This document shows positions 63,004 to 64,000 of a stretch of DNA of 64,000 nucleotides, in pieces. Each line of letters starts with the position of its first letter. Position 1 is the first letter of the stretch. The stretch is from Escherichia coli (GTDB taxonomy: Bacteria > Pseudomonadota > Gammaproteobacteria > Enterobacterales > Enterobacteriaceae). A program made the position numbers and the translations under genes. Under the pieces are notes generated by a model, which saw nothing but the letters and a program-made list of their open reading frames with translations, ran no database searches and had not been told where the DNA came from. The stretch lies in NCBI RefSeq assembly GCF_009931435.1, contig NZ_CP043414.1. One strand, written 5' to 3'.

Positions 63004-63831
63004 TTACTTTTTCCAGAAATCATCGAAAACGGTAATTGGCGGACGGCGTTTATGTTCGGTTTTCAGATACCAGTTCTCTATTGTTCTGGCGACCTGTTCA
63101 GGTAGGTTTTTCCCTTCCAGATAGTCGTCGATATTGTCATAGGTCACGCCGAGTGCCACTTCATCTGGCAGAGAAGGGCGATCATCTTCCAGATCGGCCG
63201 TTGGGGCTTTCTTATAAAGATGTTCCGGACAACCTAATGCCGCCAGTAACTGTTTACCCTGACGTTTGTTGAGGCGATACAGCGGATTAATGTCCGTACC
63301 GCCGTCACCATATTTAGTGAAGAATCCGGTAATGGCTTCTGCTGCATGATCGGTGCCCACCACGACACCGCTGGTCATACCCGCAATGCTATATTGTGCT
63401 TTCATCCGCTCACGCGCTTTTTCATTGCCACGGACAAAATCACTTAATTCAACACCCGCTTCGCGCAGCGCCTGTTCGCTGGCCAATACCGCGCCCTTGA
63501 TATTAACGGTTAATACGCGATCCGGTTGAATAAAGGCAATGGCATCCTGACAATCTTGTTCGTCGGCCTGAACACCATAGGGCAGGCGTACGGCAATAAA
63601 TTGCAGCGATTCGTTGCCGGTTTCCTGGCGCAGCTCATTAATCGCCATCTGGCACAGCTTACCGGCAAGCGTGGAGTCCTGACCGCCGCTGATCCCGAGC
63701 ACCAGTGATTTAATGAACGGATAAGTTTGCAGGTAGCTTTTCAGAAAATCGACACTACGACGAATTTCCTCTTCAGCATTAATCTGCGGTTTTGCGCCCA
63801 GCGCCTTTATTATTTGTTGTTGCAATGTCAT
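63004..63831 (-). CDS. nadE: NH3-dependent NAD+ synthetase
   Basis: 275-aa ORF; PP-loop motif LGISGGQDS. Confidence 0.9.
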   Translation of the reverse strand: MTLQQQIIKALGAKPQINAEEEIRRSVDFLKSYLQTYPFIKSLVLGISGGQDSTLAGKLCQMAINELRQETGNESLQFIAVRLPYGVQADEQDCQDAIAFIQPDRVLTVNIKGAVLASEQALREAGVELSDFVRGNEKARERMKAQYSIAGMTSGVVVGTDHAAEAITGFFTKYGDGGTDINPLYRLNKRQGKQLLAALGCPEHLYKKAPTADLEDDRPSLPDEVALGVTYDNIDDYLEGKNLPEQVARTIENWYLKTEHKRRPPITVFDDFWKK

Positions 63832-64000
63832 TGAACCCCTCCAGACAGAAAAGACAAAACGTCCTTAAAGCTAACCCGTTGCTACTGAAACGACAAGCGA
63901 CAGCGGGCTGAATGGTGGTTAAAACGTCATACAGGAATCCTCTGAAAGCGGAGCCGTTTCGTTCACGGGCTTGAAAAAGCGCCCAATGTATTCCAGGCTT

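Overview
This window reads as a contiguous Escherichia coli chromosomal segment, collinear (in inverted orientation) with the K-12 interval pabB ... nadE: about 75 genes of core metabolism and conserved y-genes. I identified genes by reading the ORF-track proteins and hand-translating regions the track does not cover (partial pabB, and four small proteins below the 60-aa cutoff). I found no tRNA, rRNA, CRISPR array, IS element, integrase or prophage, so this is an ordinary core region, not an accessory island. The points that deserve a second look are differences from the K-12 reference as I recall it (no alignment was run): (1) an extra SIMPL/DUF541-like gene between ansA and sppA; (2) an in-frame TGA that truncates ves; (3) no ydjE-ydjL cluster between yeaC and pncA; (4) no ynjI between topB and gdhA, only a REP element. 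I also flag the poorly characterised ydjXYZ-ynjABCD-ynjE operon, the c-di-GMP gene cluster with a degenerate GGDEF in yeaI, the yeaGH operon, and several regulatory motifs. Start codons were chosen to match remembered K-12 protein lengths and may be off by a few codons.
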